NCBI GenBank assembly: GCA_017432725.1
Contig: JAFRIQ010000036.1
Coordinates: forward strand, 761 to 64,760
DNA: 64,000 bases
Reading direction: 5' to 3'
Source: Bacillota bacterium
GTDB taxonomy: Bacteria > Bacillota > Clostridia > Peptostreptococcales > Anaerovoracaceae
Below, piece after piece: positions 34,207 through 42,793 of the stretch (within the stretch, counting starts at the first letter, position 1; each line of letters begins with the position of its first letter). The position numbers and the translations under genes were made by a program. The notes beneath the pieces were generated by a model. It did not search any database. It saw nothing but the letters and a program-made list of their open reading frames with translations, and was not told the origin of the DNA.

Positions 34207-34596
34207 ATGAAGAAGTTATCAGTAAAAAAAGGAATCGAATGCCAGGCATGTCTTGCATGCGTAAACGTCTGTTCTGCAACATACTACAAGGAAGAGAATC
34301 CCTTCAAGTCCTGTATTCAGATAGTTATGGGAAAGGACGGATCTCCTAAGCCTAACGTCTGCATTCAGTGCGGCAAGTGCGCAAAGGCATGTGAACATGA
34401 TGCTATCAAACAGCTCCCCAACGGAGTATATACAGTTGACAAGAAAAAGTGTGTCAAGTGCGGCAAGTGCGTAGAAGCATGCCCCTTCGGCGTCATGGTA
34501 CTCGATGAACAGGCAGCGGCTGCGAGCAAGTGCATAGCTTGCGCAAAGTGCGTAAAGGCCTGCCCAATGGAACTTCTCGAGATCGTAGAAAAGTGA
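34207..34596 (+). CDS. 4Fe-4S ferredoxin-type protein (multiple clusters)
   Basis: Repeated CxxCxxCxxxCP-type motifs (CIQCGKCAKACE, CVKCGKCVEACP, CIACAKCVKACP). GGGAGGA RBS before the internal ATG. Confidence 0.8.
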   Translation: MKKLSVKKGIECQACLACVNVCSATYYKEENPFKSCIQIVMGKDGSPKPNVCIQCGKCAKACEHDAIKQLPNGVYTVDKKKCVKCGKCVEACPFGVMVLDEQAAAASKCIACAKCVKACPMELLEIVEK

Positions 34597-34617
34597 TCCC
34601 TGCCTAATAGTATATAT

Positions 34618-34643
34618 ACCGGCCTTTTCAGGCCGGTTTTTTA
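34618..34643 (+). terminator. Intrinsic terminator
   Basis: ACCGGCC-TTTTCA-GGCCGGT followed by TTTTTT. Confidence 0.72.
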
Positions 34644-34677
34644 TTGTATAATTATGGAAAAATATACCTGGTAAATA

Positions 34678-34706
34678 TTGACATGTAAAAATATGGAAGA
34701 TATAAT
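34678..34706 (+). promoter_or_regulatory. Putative promoter of the Tad-like operon
   Basis: TTGACA, 17-nt spacer, TATAAT (consensus hexamers), about 20 nt upstream of the AAAGGAG RBS. Confidence 0.55.
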
Positions 34707-34727
34707 CAAGAGCAAAGGAGATGGGAA

Positions 34728-35282
34728 ATGAAACTGAAAAGCATCATAGGTATCCTGCTCATACTTCTCAGCATTGCAGGTATGTATTTCTGGGAGACAA
34801 AATACAGGAAAGAAATGATATTCACAAAGGTCCTTGCTGCGGCTGCGGACATACATGAGGGGGATATAGCGACGGAAGACAGTTTCAAGGAAATATCGGT
34901 ATCTCCTGAAAGCCTTGTCTCCGGATATCTGACCTCAGAGGATAAGGATATGCTTTTGGGCAAGGAATGCGTTTTTCCCATAAAGGAAAATGGGCAGATT
35001 TTTTACGGAAGTTTTGAGGACGCAAAGACAAAGGAAGACGACGGAATGTACGACCTTGTGCTGCCGGGTGAATGGATCTATCTGAAAGACCTGGGTCTTG
35101 ATAAGGGCGTTCCCGCGCTCATCTATTACGTTCCGTCCGGGGAATATATCGGGAGATATGAAGTAAGGTCTGTCAAGGCGGGGGAATACGTGGAGATCCG
35201 GTGTCCTCTTGACGATTATCTTTCCATGGTATCGTCCGCTTCAGGCGGAAGCTGCAGTCTGCTTCTTATCTCCGATAAATGA
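34728..35282 (+). CDS. CpaB/RcpC-like SAF-domain protein with an N-terminal TM anchor
   Basis: An N-terminal TM segment is followed by VLAAAADIHEGDIATEDSF.., the SAF-domain pattern seen in Flp pilus assembly protein CpaB. It is the first gene of a 5-gene overlapping operon. Confidence 0.5.
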   Translation: MKLKSIIGILLILLSIAGMYFWETKYRKEMIFTKVLAAAADIHEGDIATEDSFKEISVSPESLVSGYLTSEDKDMLLGKECVFPIKENGQIFYGSFEDAKTKEDDGMYDLVLPGEWIYLKDLGLDKGVPALIYYVPSGEYIGRYEVRSVKAGEYVEIRCPLDDYLSMVSSASGGSCSLLLISDK

Positions 35283-36019
35283 GTATGGGCCGTATCCTTT
35301 CTTTTTTCGGCTCGAGGAGCCGCTGCGGAACGAGCCAGACCGCGCTGTCTTTAGCTTTGAAACTGGCTGACATATACCCGGAAAAGAAGGTCCTGCTCAT
35401 CCATATGGAGGAAGCGCCGGGCGATGAATATACGGATGCCATACGTGAAAATATGGGAACGATCAGGCCTTTGCTTGAAAACGGACTCTGGGCTGCCGAT
35501 GAGATATTCGGCAGATCCCTTCTTAAAAAGAATCTTTACGCCATAGGCGGGGCTGGAAAACCTGCAAGCGCCGGCCTTTTTCATCCGGATGCTTCGGCGG
35601 CGTTCCTCACGGATATGGCGGCGCAATGCGGTTTTGTAATATGCGACTGCGGCTCCGATCTGAGTCACGGCCTTTGCATAGGCGCTTTGACTGCTTCCGA
35701 TAGCCGCTGCCTTGTGATCGATCAAAGCGAAAGCAGCTTGAGACGCTATGAGTGGATGAGAGAACTCATCCGGAAGATAGGTGCCGGTCCTGACGTTTAC
35801 GTGCTGAACGGATATATGAAAAACGATCCTTGTGATACGGCATATATTTCTGAGCGTCTTGGGTGTGAAACAAAGAAGATATTTACCCTGCCGTTTTCAA
35901 AGAACGGAAGGGAAGCAGAACTATGCGGCAGACCTTTAGCGGAATACAAAGACCGGAGATACGCGAAGGACCTTTGCAGATTGACGGAATATTTGACAAA
36001 CGATGAAATTCGACCTTAA
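35279..36019 (+). CDS. TadZ/CpaE-like (ParA/MinD-fold) protein with a degenerate P-loop
   Basis: The position and size fit TadZ. The P-loop region reads FFGSRSRCGTSQTA instead of KGGxGKT. Confidence 0.45.
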   Translation: MSMGRILSFFGSRSRCGTSQTALSLALKLADIYPEKKVLLIHMEEAPGDEYTDAIRENMGTIRPLLENGLWAADEIFGRSLLKKNLYAIGGAGKPASAGLFHPDASAAFLTDMAAQCGFVICDCGSDLSHGLCIGALTASDSRCLVIDQSESSLRRYEWMRELIRKIGAGPDVYVLNGYMKNDPCDTAYISERLGCETKKIFTLPFSKNGREAELCGRPLAEYKDRRYAKDLCRLTEYLTNDEIRP

Positions 36020-37364
36020 TGAATATATCAGCGAAGATAAGGCAGTGGAAGGATCCGGCGGAGAATATGACGGATTCTTTAGACTTTGCGCTGAGGTGAA
36101 AGAAGCTTTCTTCAGGGAGTGGGAAAGAGACGATAACTCTCCCGCCATGCTCGAAATACAGAAGAAAGCAATAATCGGATATGAAAAGGAAAGGAAGTAT
36201 TTCCTTGACCGCATCTTTTCGATACTCGAAGAAAAGGGCATGCTGGACGAAGCCTTCCCCGAATGGTATGAAGATCTCGCCGATGCCGTATACCAGGAAG
36301 ACTGGGGCCTTGCCGGAGTATCCGAATGGTTCGGCGAAAAATATGCGGAAAGCAGCAGTGCGAAAATAATAGGCAGCAGGATATATTTCATGGAAAACGG
36401 ACATATGGTCCTGAAAAAACAGACCGTGAGCGCTGACAGAAAAAATCAGATGATCAAGGCGTTTCTTCTGCTTACCCCGGGGAAGAGGATGGACAGCGAC
36501 TACTATGAAGTATATCTTCTGGACGGTACCAGAGTGACCGTGTACACGGAACCTATGACCAAAAGCGGCCAGGCTGCCATAGTATTCAGAAGATACTTCA
36601 TCCCGAGTCTCAGTTTCGAAGAACAGGCAAAAAGAAAGACTATACCCTTTGAGGCTATACCCCTGCTGAGCAATATGGCGGCGGTGGGATACAACGTGGT
36701 CTTCATGGGAGCCGTACGGACTGCCAAGACCACTTTCCTTGCTACGTGGCAGAGCTACGAGGATCCGAGCCTTGAGGGGGTTATGGTGGAGACCGACCCG
36801 GAGATACCCATGCACGAGATACTTCCGGATGCCCCGATCATTCAACTCATCGCCGACGGAGACAGGCTGCGAAAGCTGTCCAAGAACCTTTTAAGAAGCG
36901 ATGCGGACTATTTCATCATGGCAGAGGCCAGAGATGGTATCGCTCTAGACACGGCGGTAAAGCTGGCCACGAAAGGGACCAAAAGGATGAAACTGACCTT
37001 TCATTCCAGAGAACCTGGATCCGTGGCTTTGGAAATGGCAACAGAGATAGTCAAAAGTACAGGCGGTGACCTTCCACTGACCATGCAAATGGTTTCGTCC
37101 GCATTTGACTACCTGTTTCACTTTATCCAGCTTCCCGATAAAAGCCAGAAAAGGCTCAAAGGGATATATCAGATAGACTGCGGTGCGGACGGCACTTTCC
37201 GCACAGAGCAGATATGCCGGTACGATCCTGCATCGGAAAGCTGGACTTTCAGGAACTGCATAGGTGAAAGGCAGCGCAGTTTCGGGGAAGAATCGGACGG
37301 ATATCACTTCCGGCGTTTTGAGGAAGAACTTGTAAGACTGTCTGAAAAGGAATACGTGAAATGA
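36003..37364 (+). CDS. CpaF/TadA-like type II/IV secretion ATPase (T2SSE family)
   Basis: VVFMGAVRTAKTTFL (Walker-A-like, GxxxxAKT), DYFIMAEARDGIALD (compare IIVGEVRGGEALD) and LTFHSREPGSVALEM (compare TIHANSPRDALSRLE). Confidence 0.68.
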   Translation: MKFDLNEYISEDKAVEGSGGEYDGFFRLCAEVKEAFFREWERDDNSPAMLEIQKKAIIGYEKERKYFLDRIFSILEEKGMLDEAFPEWYEDLADAVYQEDWGLAGVSEWFGEKYAESSSAKIIGSRIYFMENGHMVLKKQTVSADRKNQMIKAFLLLTPGKRMDSDYYEVYLLDGTRVTVYTEPMTKSGQAAIVFRRYFIPSLSFEEQAKRKTIPFEAIPLLSNMAAVGYNVVFMGAVRTAKTTFLATWQSYEDPSLEGVMVETDPEIPMHEILPDAPIIQLIADGDRLRKLSKNLLRSDADYFIMAEARDGIALDTAVKLATKGTKRMKLTFHSREPGSVALEMATEIVKSTGGDLPLTMQMVSSAFDYLFHFIQLPDKSQKRLKGIYQIDCGADGTFRTEQICRYDPASESWTFRNCIGERQRSFGEESDGYHFRRFEEELVRLSEKEYVK

Positions 37365-38287
37365 CTGCATATTTTGTAAGCCTCGGCATATATATCGCTT
37401 ACTTCAGCGGACTTTTCCTGGTCCTCGGAAATGTGTTCTCTTACCTTAGGGGCAGGCTCACTCTGAGAAGACGCTTGAGAAGTGCTGTAAAAAGGGTCCC
37501 GGGTCCTCTGGAATCAAGGCTGTCGTCCATAGTGTTCCTTGCAAGCGGAAAGGAGGATAAAGGAAGGTCGCTCGCTATGATATGCGCGCTCCTTTTCGTC
37601 CTCAGTTTCGCCTATTCGTTTATCCATTTCGGCATCTTTTTCTCTTTGATTATCGCGCTTCTTGCGGCTTCTGTCCCGATCGTATCTCTTGTAAGCAAAA
37701 TCAAAAAACAAAGGGACAGAAGCAGCAGGGAGGGCCTTGGCTTCGTAAACGAACTCTACAGGCAGTACGTGATCGGGAGGAAAAATATATATACGGCTCT
37801 CGAAAAGACGTCGGGGAATTCATCTGAGTTTCCTGTGAGCGGGCACCATACGTACCTGTTGCTCTTAAGGCTCAGAGCCGCGGAGAGCAGACGGGCTTCC
37901 CGCAGGGCGTGTTCTGATTTCGCGTCAGCTTTGGGAAGTGCGTGGGCGAAAAGCGTATCGTTCGCGATTCTGTGCGCCTGCGACGGAGACGATGTTTCCG
38001 AAGCTTTTTTAGACATAATACGCAGGCTGAAAGACGGACTCGAAGAGGGTGAGGAACGAAAAAGGCTCAACGGGGAGTCCGTGAGGATGACGGTCTTTTT
38101 AGTGCCTGCTATGTATATTTTCACTGTCTTCCTTTCGCTGTCTTATCTGGGTATGGATATGAGGAAGCTCATGATGAATCAGTTCGGAAGCAGCACGGGC
38201 ATAAGGTTTTTCGCCCTGATAGTACTGCTGTTTCTGTTCAACGGCTCGCTTCTTTCCCTAATAAACGGAAGCCCGGCGGATATCTGA
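37361..38287 (+). CDS. TadB-like (T2SS-F family) membrane protein
   Basis: It has the topology and position expected for TadB (N-terminal TM pair, cytoplasmic helical domain, C-terminal TM pair). Sequence similarity was judged by eye only. Confidence 0.45.
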   Translation: MTAYFVSLGIYIAYFSGLFLVLGNVFSYLRGRLTLRRRLRSAVKRVPGPLESRLSSIVFLASGKEDKGRSLAMICALLFVLSFAYSFIHFGIFFSLIIALLAASVPIVSLVSKIKKQRDRSSREGLGFVNELYRQYVIGRKNIYTALEKTSGNSSEFPVSGHHTYLLLLRLRAAESRRASRRACSDFASALGSAWAKSVSFAILCACDGDDVSEAFLDIIRRLKDGLEEGEERKRLNGESVRMTVFLVPAMYIFTVFLSLSYLGMDMRKLMMNQFGSSTGIRFFALIVLLFLFNGSLLSLINGSPADI

Positions 38288-38931
38288 TGTATATGTTTCC
38301 ATATTTTTTGCTTATTGTGTTCTGGACGGGAGCGATGCTCCTCTGTTCCAAAGCCCCTTCGGAACTTAGAAAAAGGGCGGAAGCCGTATTTGGCGGGAAG
38401 CTCGAAAAAGGGGTGTTTAACAGGATAAAAAGAGCTGCTTCTGAATTCAGAGCAGGTCTTCAGAAGGAAGCTTTGGCCGGAGAGTGCTCCGACGTCCTTG
38501 GATACATTAAGAATATAGTTATACTGGGCCGGTCTGCGGATGTCAGCGCGCAGACACTGCTTACAGATCTTTCGGATATGTCTGACAGACTCAGGCCTGT
38601 GTTCGCGGATATGGCCCGGTATATGAGCACCAATGATAAGGAAGAAGCGGAGCAGCGATTCGTGTCAGCCACCATGCTCGGGATATCCCGGGGCATGGGA
38701 AGGCTGCTATCGGGCTGGGACGATTTGGATCCTTCTGAGATAAGGGATACTCTGGACGCATATCAGGCAGTCCTTAGCGAAGAACGCAGGACCTCCCGCA
38801 GGCGAAGAGACGAGATAGTTTCCGAGATAATGTACTTTCCGGTAGTGCTTAACTGCATGCTCGTACTGCTCAATTTCATATACGTTTCATATTTCATAGA
38901 ACAGCAGGAAAACCTCAGCGTGTTGTTTTGA
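38287..38931 (+). CDS. TadC-like (T2SS-F family) membrane protein
   Basis: Same architecture as above; the start overlaps the upstream stop (ATCTGATG). Confidence 0.42.
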   Translation: MYMFPYFLLIVFWTGAMLLCSKAPSELRKRAEAVFGGKLEKGVFNRIKRAASEFRAGLQKEALAGECSDVLGYIKNIVILGRSADVSAQTLLTDLSDMSDRLRPVFADMARYMSTNDKEEAEQRFVSATMLGISRGMGRLLSGWDDLDPSEIRDTLDAYQAVLSEERRTSRRRRDEIVSEIMYFPVVLNCMLVLLNFIYVSYFIEQQENLSVLF

Positions 38932-38957
38932 AAGACGGCGTCCTCATGCCGTCTTTT
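38931..38957 (+). terminator. Intrinsic terminator of the Tad-like operon
   Basis: AAGACGGC-GTCCTCAT-GCCGTCTT followed by TTTG. Confidence 0.65.
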
Positions 38958-38977
38958 TGTGATATAATAGGCAGGCT

Positions 38978-40426
38978 ATGGATAATGATTTGAACGTTTG
39001 TCTAATTAATGACTCTTTTCCGCCTCTCATAGACGGAGTCTCGAACGCCGTAATGAATTACGCGCACATCATAAACAGCGAACTTGGAAAAGCTGCCGTT
39101 GCCACACCATATTATCCGGATTCCGATGACAGCAGATTCGATTTTCCGGTGATAAGATTCCCAAGTATAAATACCACACCCTTAGTCGGATACAGGGCGG
39201 GAGTTCCTTTCTCAGCGGATACCATCGCGCAGCTGACGAATATGGATTTCGATATAATCCATTCTCACTGCCCCATCGCTTCTTCCATGCTTGGCAGGGT
39301 CTTAAGAGATGCTGCCGACGTTCCCCTGGTATTCACATACCATACGAAATTCGATATAGATATCCAGCGCTCCCTGCGAGGCAGGATACTTCAGGAAGGC
39401 GCGACGAAAATGCTTGTGGACAACGTTGCCGCCAGCGATGAAGTATGGGCTGTAAGCGAAGGCGCGGGAAAAAATCTTCAGTCGCTCGGATATGAAGGAG
39501 ATTTCATCGTCATGCACAACGGAGTGGACTTTCCGAAAGGCAGAGTGGACGATGCGCTCATAAAGGAAGTGACTGAAGACGTAGACCTTCCGGAAGGCGT
39601 ACCTCTTTATCTTTTCGTCGGCCGCATGATGTGGTACAAAGGCATACGCATCATACTCGACGCTCTTAATATGCTGAAAGCTTCCGGCCGTGATTTCCGC
39701 ATGGTGTTCATAGGCGGAGGCGGAGATAAAAACGAGATAATGCTGTATTCCGACAGCCTGAAACTTGGAGATAAAGTCTTTTTCCAGGATCCCATCGGCG
39801 ACAGGAACGCTCTCCGCGCGTGGTACTGCAGGGCCGATCTTTTCCTTTTCCCGTCCACCTTCGATACTAACGGACTGGTGGTCAGAGAAGCGGCGGCCTG
39901 TGCTCTTCCCAGCGTACTCGTAAAGGGCAGCTGCGCATCGGAGGATACGGCAGATCTCCGGAACGCATTCTGGATAGATGAGAATGCCAAGTCTCTTTGC
40001 GCCTTTTTGCTCAGGTTCGGCGATGATTTCGACGTGATGGAAAGGGTCGGCAGGAATGCCCAAAACGAACTTTATCTGTCCTGGGAGGATTCGGTGAAGA
40101 CGGCTTATGACAGGTATCAAGTGGTGATAGATAACTACAGGTCAGGCGGATACAAGAAAAGAGACAGGATCTCGGATCAGTTCTTCATGGCGTCTGCCGG
40201 AGCTATCAATAACCTGCTTGAAATAGAAAATACCAGAGCGAGGGTCATCGATCAGGCGAAGGCGAACATAAAAGAGATACAGGCTTCCATCGCCGGATTC
40301 GAAGGGACCATAGCCAAGTCCTTCGAAAAGATAAAGTACATCAATTCTCAGCTCGGCTCCGAAATGAAGGAGAAATACAGGGAGAACAGAGAAGCAATAC
40401 TTAAAGAAATCGACAGATACAAGTGA
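38978..40426 (+). CDS. GT4-family glycosyltransferase with a C-terminal coiled-coil extension
   Basis: The N-terminus is GT4 N-domain-like (INDSFPPLIDGVSNAV). The C-terminal E..(7)E region reads FLFPSTFDTNGLVVREAAA. An extra ~100 aa of helical tail follows. Confidence 0.78.
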   Translation: MDNDLNVCLINDSFPPLIDGVSNAVMNYAHIINSELGKAAVATPYYPDSDDSRFDFPVIRFPSINTTPLVGYRAGVPFSADTIAQLTNMDFDIIHSHCPIASSMLGRVLRDAADVPLVFTYHTKFDIDIQRSLRGRILQEGATKMLVDNVAASDEVWAVSEGAGKNLQSLGYEGDFIVMHNGVDFPKGRVDDALIKEVTEDVDLPEGVPLYLFVGRMMWYKGIRIILDALNMLKASGRDFRMVFIGGGGDKNEIMLYSDSLKLGDKVFFQDPIGDRNALRAWYCRADLFLFPSTFDTNGLVVREAAACALPSVLVKGSCASEDTADLRNAFWIDENAKSLCAFLLRFGDDFDVMERVGRNAQNELYLSWEDSVKTAYDRYQVVIDNYRSGGYKKRDRISDQFFMASAGAINNLLEIENTRARVIDQAKANIKEIQASIAGFEGTIAKSFEKIKYINSQLGSEMKEKYRENREAILKEIDRYK

Positions 40427-40548
40427 TCCCCTGCTTTGCCGTATAGATATATAGGTATTTATGTGATATAATTATTTTTCGGCAAACAGCAGAAAGACCT
40501 GCCTGAAAAGACAGGGCAGAATATAAGAGTACAGGAAGGTAGAACAAA

Positions 40549-42129
40549 TTGATTATTCTTTCACCGGAAGTATATAACAAGATCGGAAGCGGCATAGATT
40601 ATGCTGCCAACGCTGTAAAGGTGACCATCGGACCCCTCGGAAGAAACATAGCATTCGATCCGAAGATGGACGTTCCGTATATCATCAACAGCGGACGCGA
40701 GATAGTAAAACACGTCAATTTTAAAGACAAGGCCGTGATGGTCGGCGTAGACGTTGTTAAGCAGGCTATGGAGAAGGCTTTCTGGACAGGCGGAGACGGT
40801 TCCGTCGCAACGGCCGTACTCGTACAGAGCATGTGGAACGACGCAGTACATATGGACGCGGCAGGAGCAGACTCAATGGCGATCATGAGAGGCATAAGGA
40901 AGGCTTCCGAAGTCGCTCTTGAAGCCATGAAGAAGCAGGCAGACAGAGTCGAGGGAGACGAAGATATCAGAGCCCTGGCAAAATGCGCTGCAGGCGGAAG
41001 AGAAGACGTAGCTGATATAGTATCGGAAATATACGAGCACATAGGTCCCGACGGTTACGTTACCGTCGAGGATTCCCAGATGGCGGAGACCCACATTTCA
41101 TACTTCAAGGGCATGCGCTGGGAAAAGGGTTTCCTCGGACATTTCGAAGAGGAGAGCATCGTGCTCGAGGATCCGTACATTCTTCTCATAAACAGGATAG
41201 TCAACAAGTTCGAAGATCTGGCTCCCATCCTTCAGCAGGTCAGGGACAAGAACAGATCCATGCTCATTATAGTCAGAGAACTGAAAGACGACGTGGCCAA
41301 TACTCTCCACTATATAAGAGATAAGGCCGGAGTCGACGTCCTTGCGGTCAACGCGCCCGGATACGGAGACGTCAGGAATTCCAATATGAAATATTTCGGG
41401 ATCATGTTCGGCGCTACAGTGTTCGACGAAATGATGCAGGATATACAGACTGATATAACTCTCGACGACTGCGGTCATGCAGGCAAAGTAGTTATGAACA
41501 AAAAGAACGTGGTCATACAGGGTATCCCAAATCCGGACGATCCCATAGTCGAGGCGAGAAGAAGAGAACTCTACGAAGATCTTAACCACATAAAGAATGA
41601 AGACGAGCGTTACCGCATCGAGCAGATGCTCACGCCTCTCGCTGCGGATACCGCTGAAGTAAAGGTCGGCGGCATCATGGAGATGGAGATGTTCGAAAGG
41701 AAATACCTCGTCGACAATGCAGTGCACAACACCTACAGCGCCATAAAGGCAGGTTTCCTCCCCGGAGGCGGCAAAGCTTTCATTCTCGCCGTTCCGGCAG
41801 TCAAGAAATTTGCGGAGACGTTGGAAGGCGATGAAAAGATAGGCGCGAACATCCTTGCGGATGCCCTCACAAGACCGGCCTTCCAGATAGCTGAAAACGC
41901 GGGTCTTGATGGGAAGAGCGCCGTTGAAAAGATCCTGACTGCAGAAGACAAGTACACGGGGCTCAACGTTCTGAACGAAAAATACGAGGATCTTCGCAAG
42001 GCAGGAGTTATCGACTCCCTTGCAGTCGTAGAATCCGCTCTCATCACGGCGGTCTCCAGCGTGTCTACTGCCATATCCGTTGCAGCCTGCGTGGTAGCAG
42101 TGGATCCTGAAGAAGAAGAGTATATATAG
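40549..42129 (+). CDS. Divergent group-I chaperonin (GroEL/Cpn60)-like protein, no adjacent GroES
   Basis: AANAVKVTIGPLGRNIAFD (compare LADAVKVTLGPKGRNVVL), TVEDS..(compare ITVEDG), GMRWEKGFLG (compare GMQFDRGYLS), VGG..E.EM.E.K (compare VGAATEVEMKEKK). The nucleotide loop reads GGDGSVATAVL where GroEL has AGDGTTTATVL. There is no C-terminal GGM repeat. The apparent start is TTG. Confidence 0.78.
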   Translation: MIILSPEVYNKIGSGIDYAANAVKVTIGPLGRNIAFDPKMDVPYIINSGREIVKHVNFKDKAVMVGVDVVKQAMEKAFWTGGDGSVATAVLVQSMWNDAVHMDAAGADSMAIMRGIRKASEVALEAMKKQADRVEGDEDIRALAKCAAGGREDVADIVSEIYEHIGPDGYVTVEDSQMAETHISYFKGMRWEKGFLGHFEEESIVLEDPYILLINRIVNKFEDLAPILQQVRDKNRSMLIIVRELKDDVANTLHYIRDKAGVDVLAVNAPGYGDVRNSNMKYFGIMFGATVFDEMMQDIQTDITLDDCGHAGKVVMNKKNVVIQGIPNPDDPIVEARRRELYEDLNHIKNEDERYRIEQMLTPLAADTAEVKVGGIMEMEMFERKYLVDNAVHNTYSAIKAGFLPGGGKAFILAVPAVKKFAETLEGDEKIGANILADALTRPAFQIAENAGLDGKSAVEKILTAEDKYTGLNVLNEKYEDLRKAGVIDSLAVVESALITAVSSVSTAISVAACVVAVDPEEEEYI

Positions 42130-42179
42130 TTTTTTGATCTTGATTTCCGGGCGGAGCAATACTCCGCCCATTTTAAACG

Positions 42180-42776
42180 ATGATACACGAATATATCTGG
42201 GGGACTGAAGACTGGCTCTTCCAGGATGAAGAATTGCTGATAAAGCGTATAGACGCACGGGACATGCTTTCGGTCCAGGTGCATCCTGACGACGTATATG
42301 CAAGGGACCACGGTCTTGACAGAGGCAAGACCGAATGCTGGTATGTAGTCAGCAGCAGGCCGGGAGCCTTTTTGTATTGCGGATTCGGGGATGAAAAAAA
42401 CGTGGGGAAAACGGAACTGAAGGAAGCCATAGAAGACGGCAGTATAGAGAAATATCTCAGCAAGATCTTTGTGGAGCCGGGAGATTTCATATATATCCCC
42501 GCAGGAACTGTCCATGCCATAGGCGCAGGGATACAGCTCCTGGAAGTGCAGCAAAACAGCACCACTACCTACAGACTTTACGATTACAAGAGAAAAGACG
42601 CTTCCGGGAACGAAAGGGAGCTTCATGTTAAAGAGGGCCTTGAATGTCTTCGCATGCATACGCCTTGCGGAAAATACGAACTGCCTTTTGAATGCTCATA
42701 TTTCACAGTGGACAGAAGCGGCGATTTCCTAATCGTCACATGCGGAGAAAAAAGGCTGAGCATACCTGTAGAATAA
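42180..42776 (+). CDS. Compact class-I phosphomannose-isomerase-like cupin (198 aa)
   Basis: SVQVHPDD.YA, GKTECWYV, PGDFIYIPAGTVHA and LEVQQNSTTTYRLYDY match Bacillus-type ManA. The protein is about 115 aa shorter than ManA. I saw no SD sequence before the ATG. Confidence 0.65.
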   Translation: MIHEYIWGTEDWLFQDEELLIKRIDARDMLSVQVHPDDVYARDHGLDRGKTECWYVVSSRPGAFLYCGFGDEKNVGKTELKEAIEDGSIEKYLSKIFVEPGDFIYIPAGTVHAIGAGIQLLEVQQNSTTTYRLYDYKRKDASGNERELHVKEGLECLRMHTPCGKYELPFECSYFTVDRSGDFLIVTCGEKRLSIPVE

Positions 42777-42793
42777 AAATCATGGAGATATAA

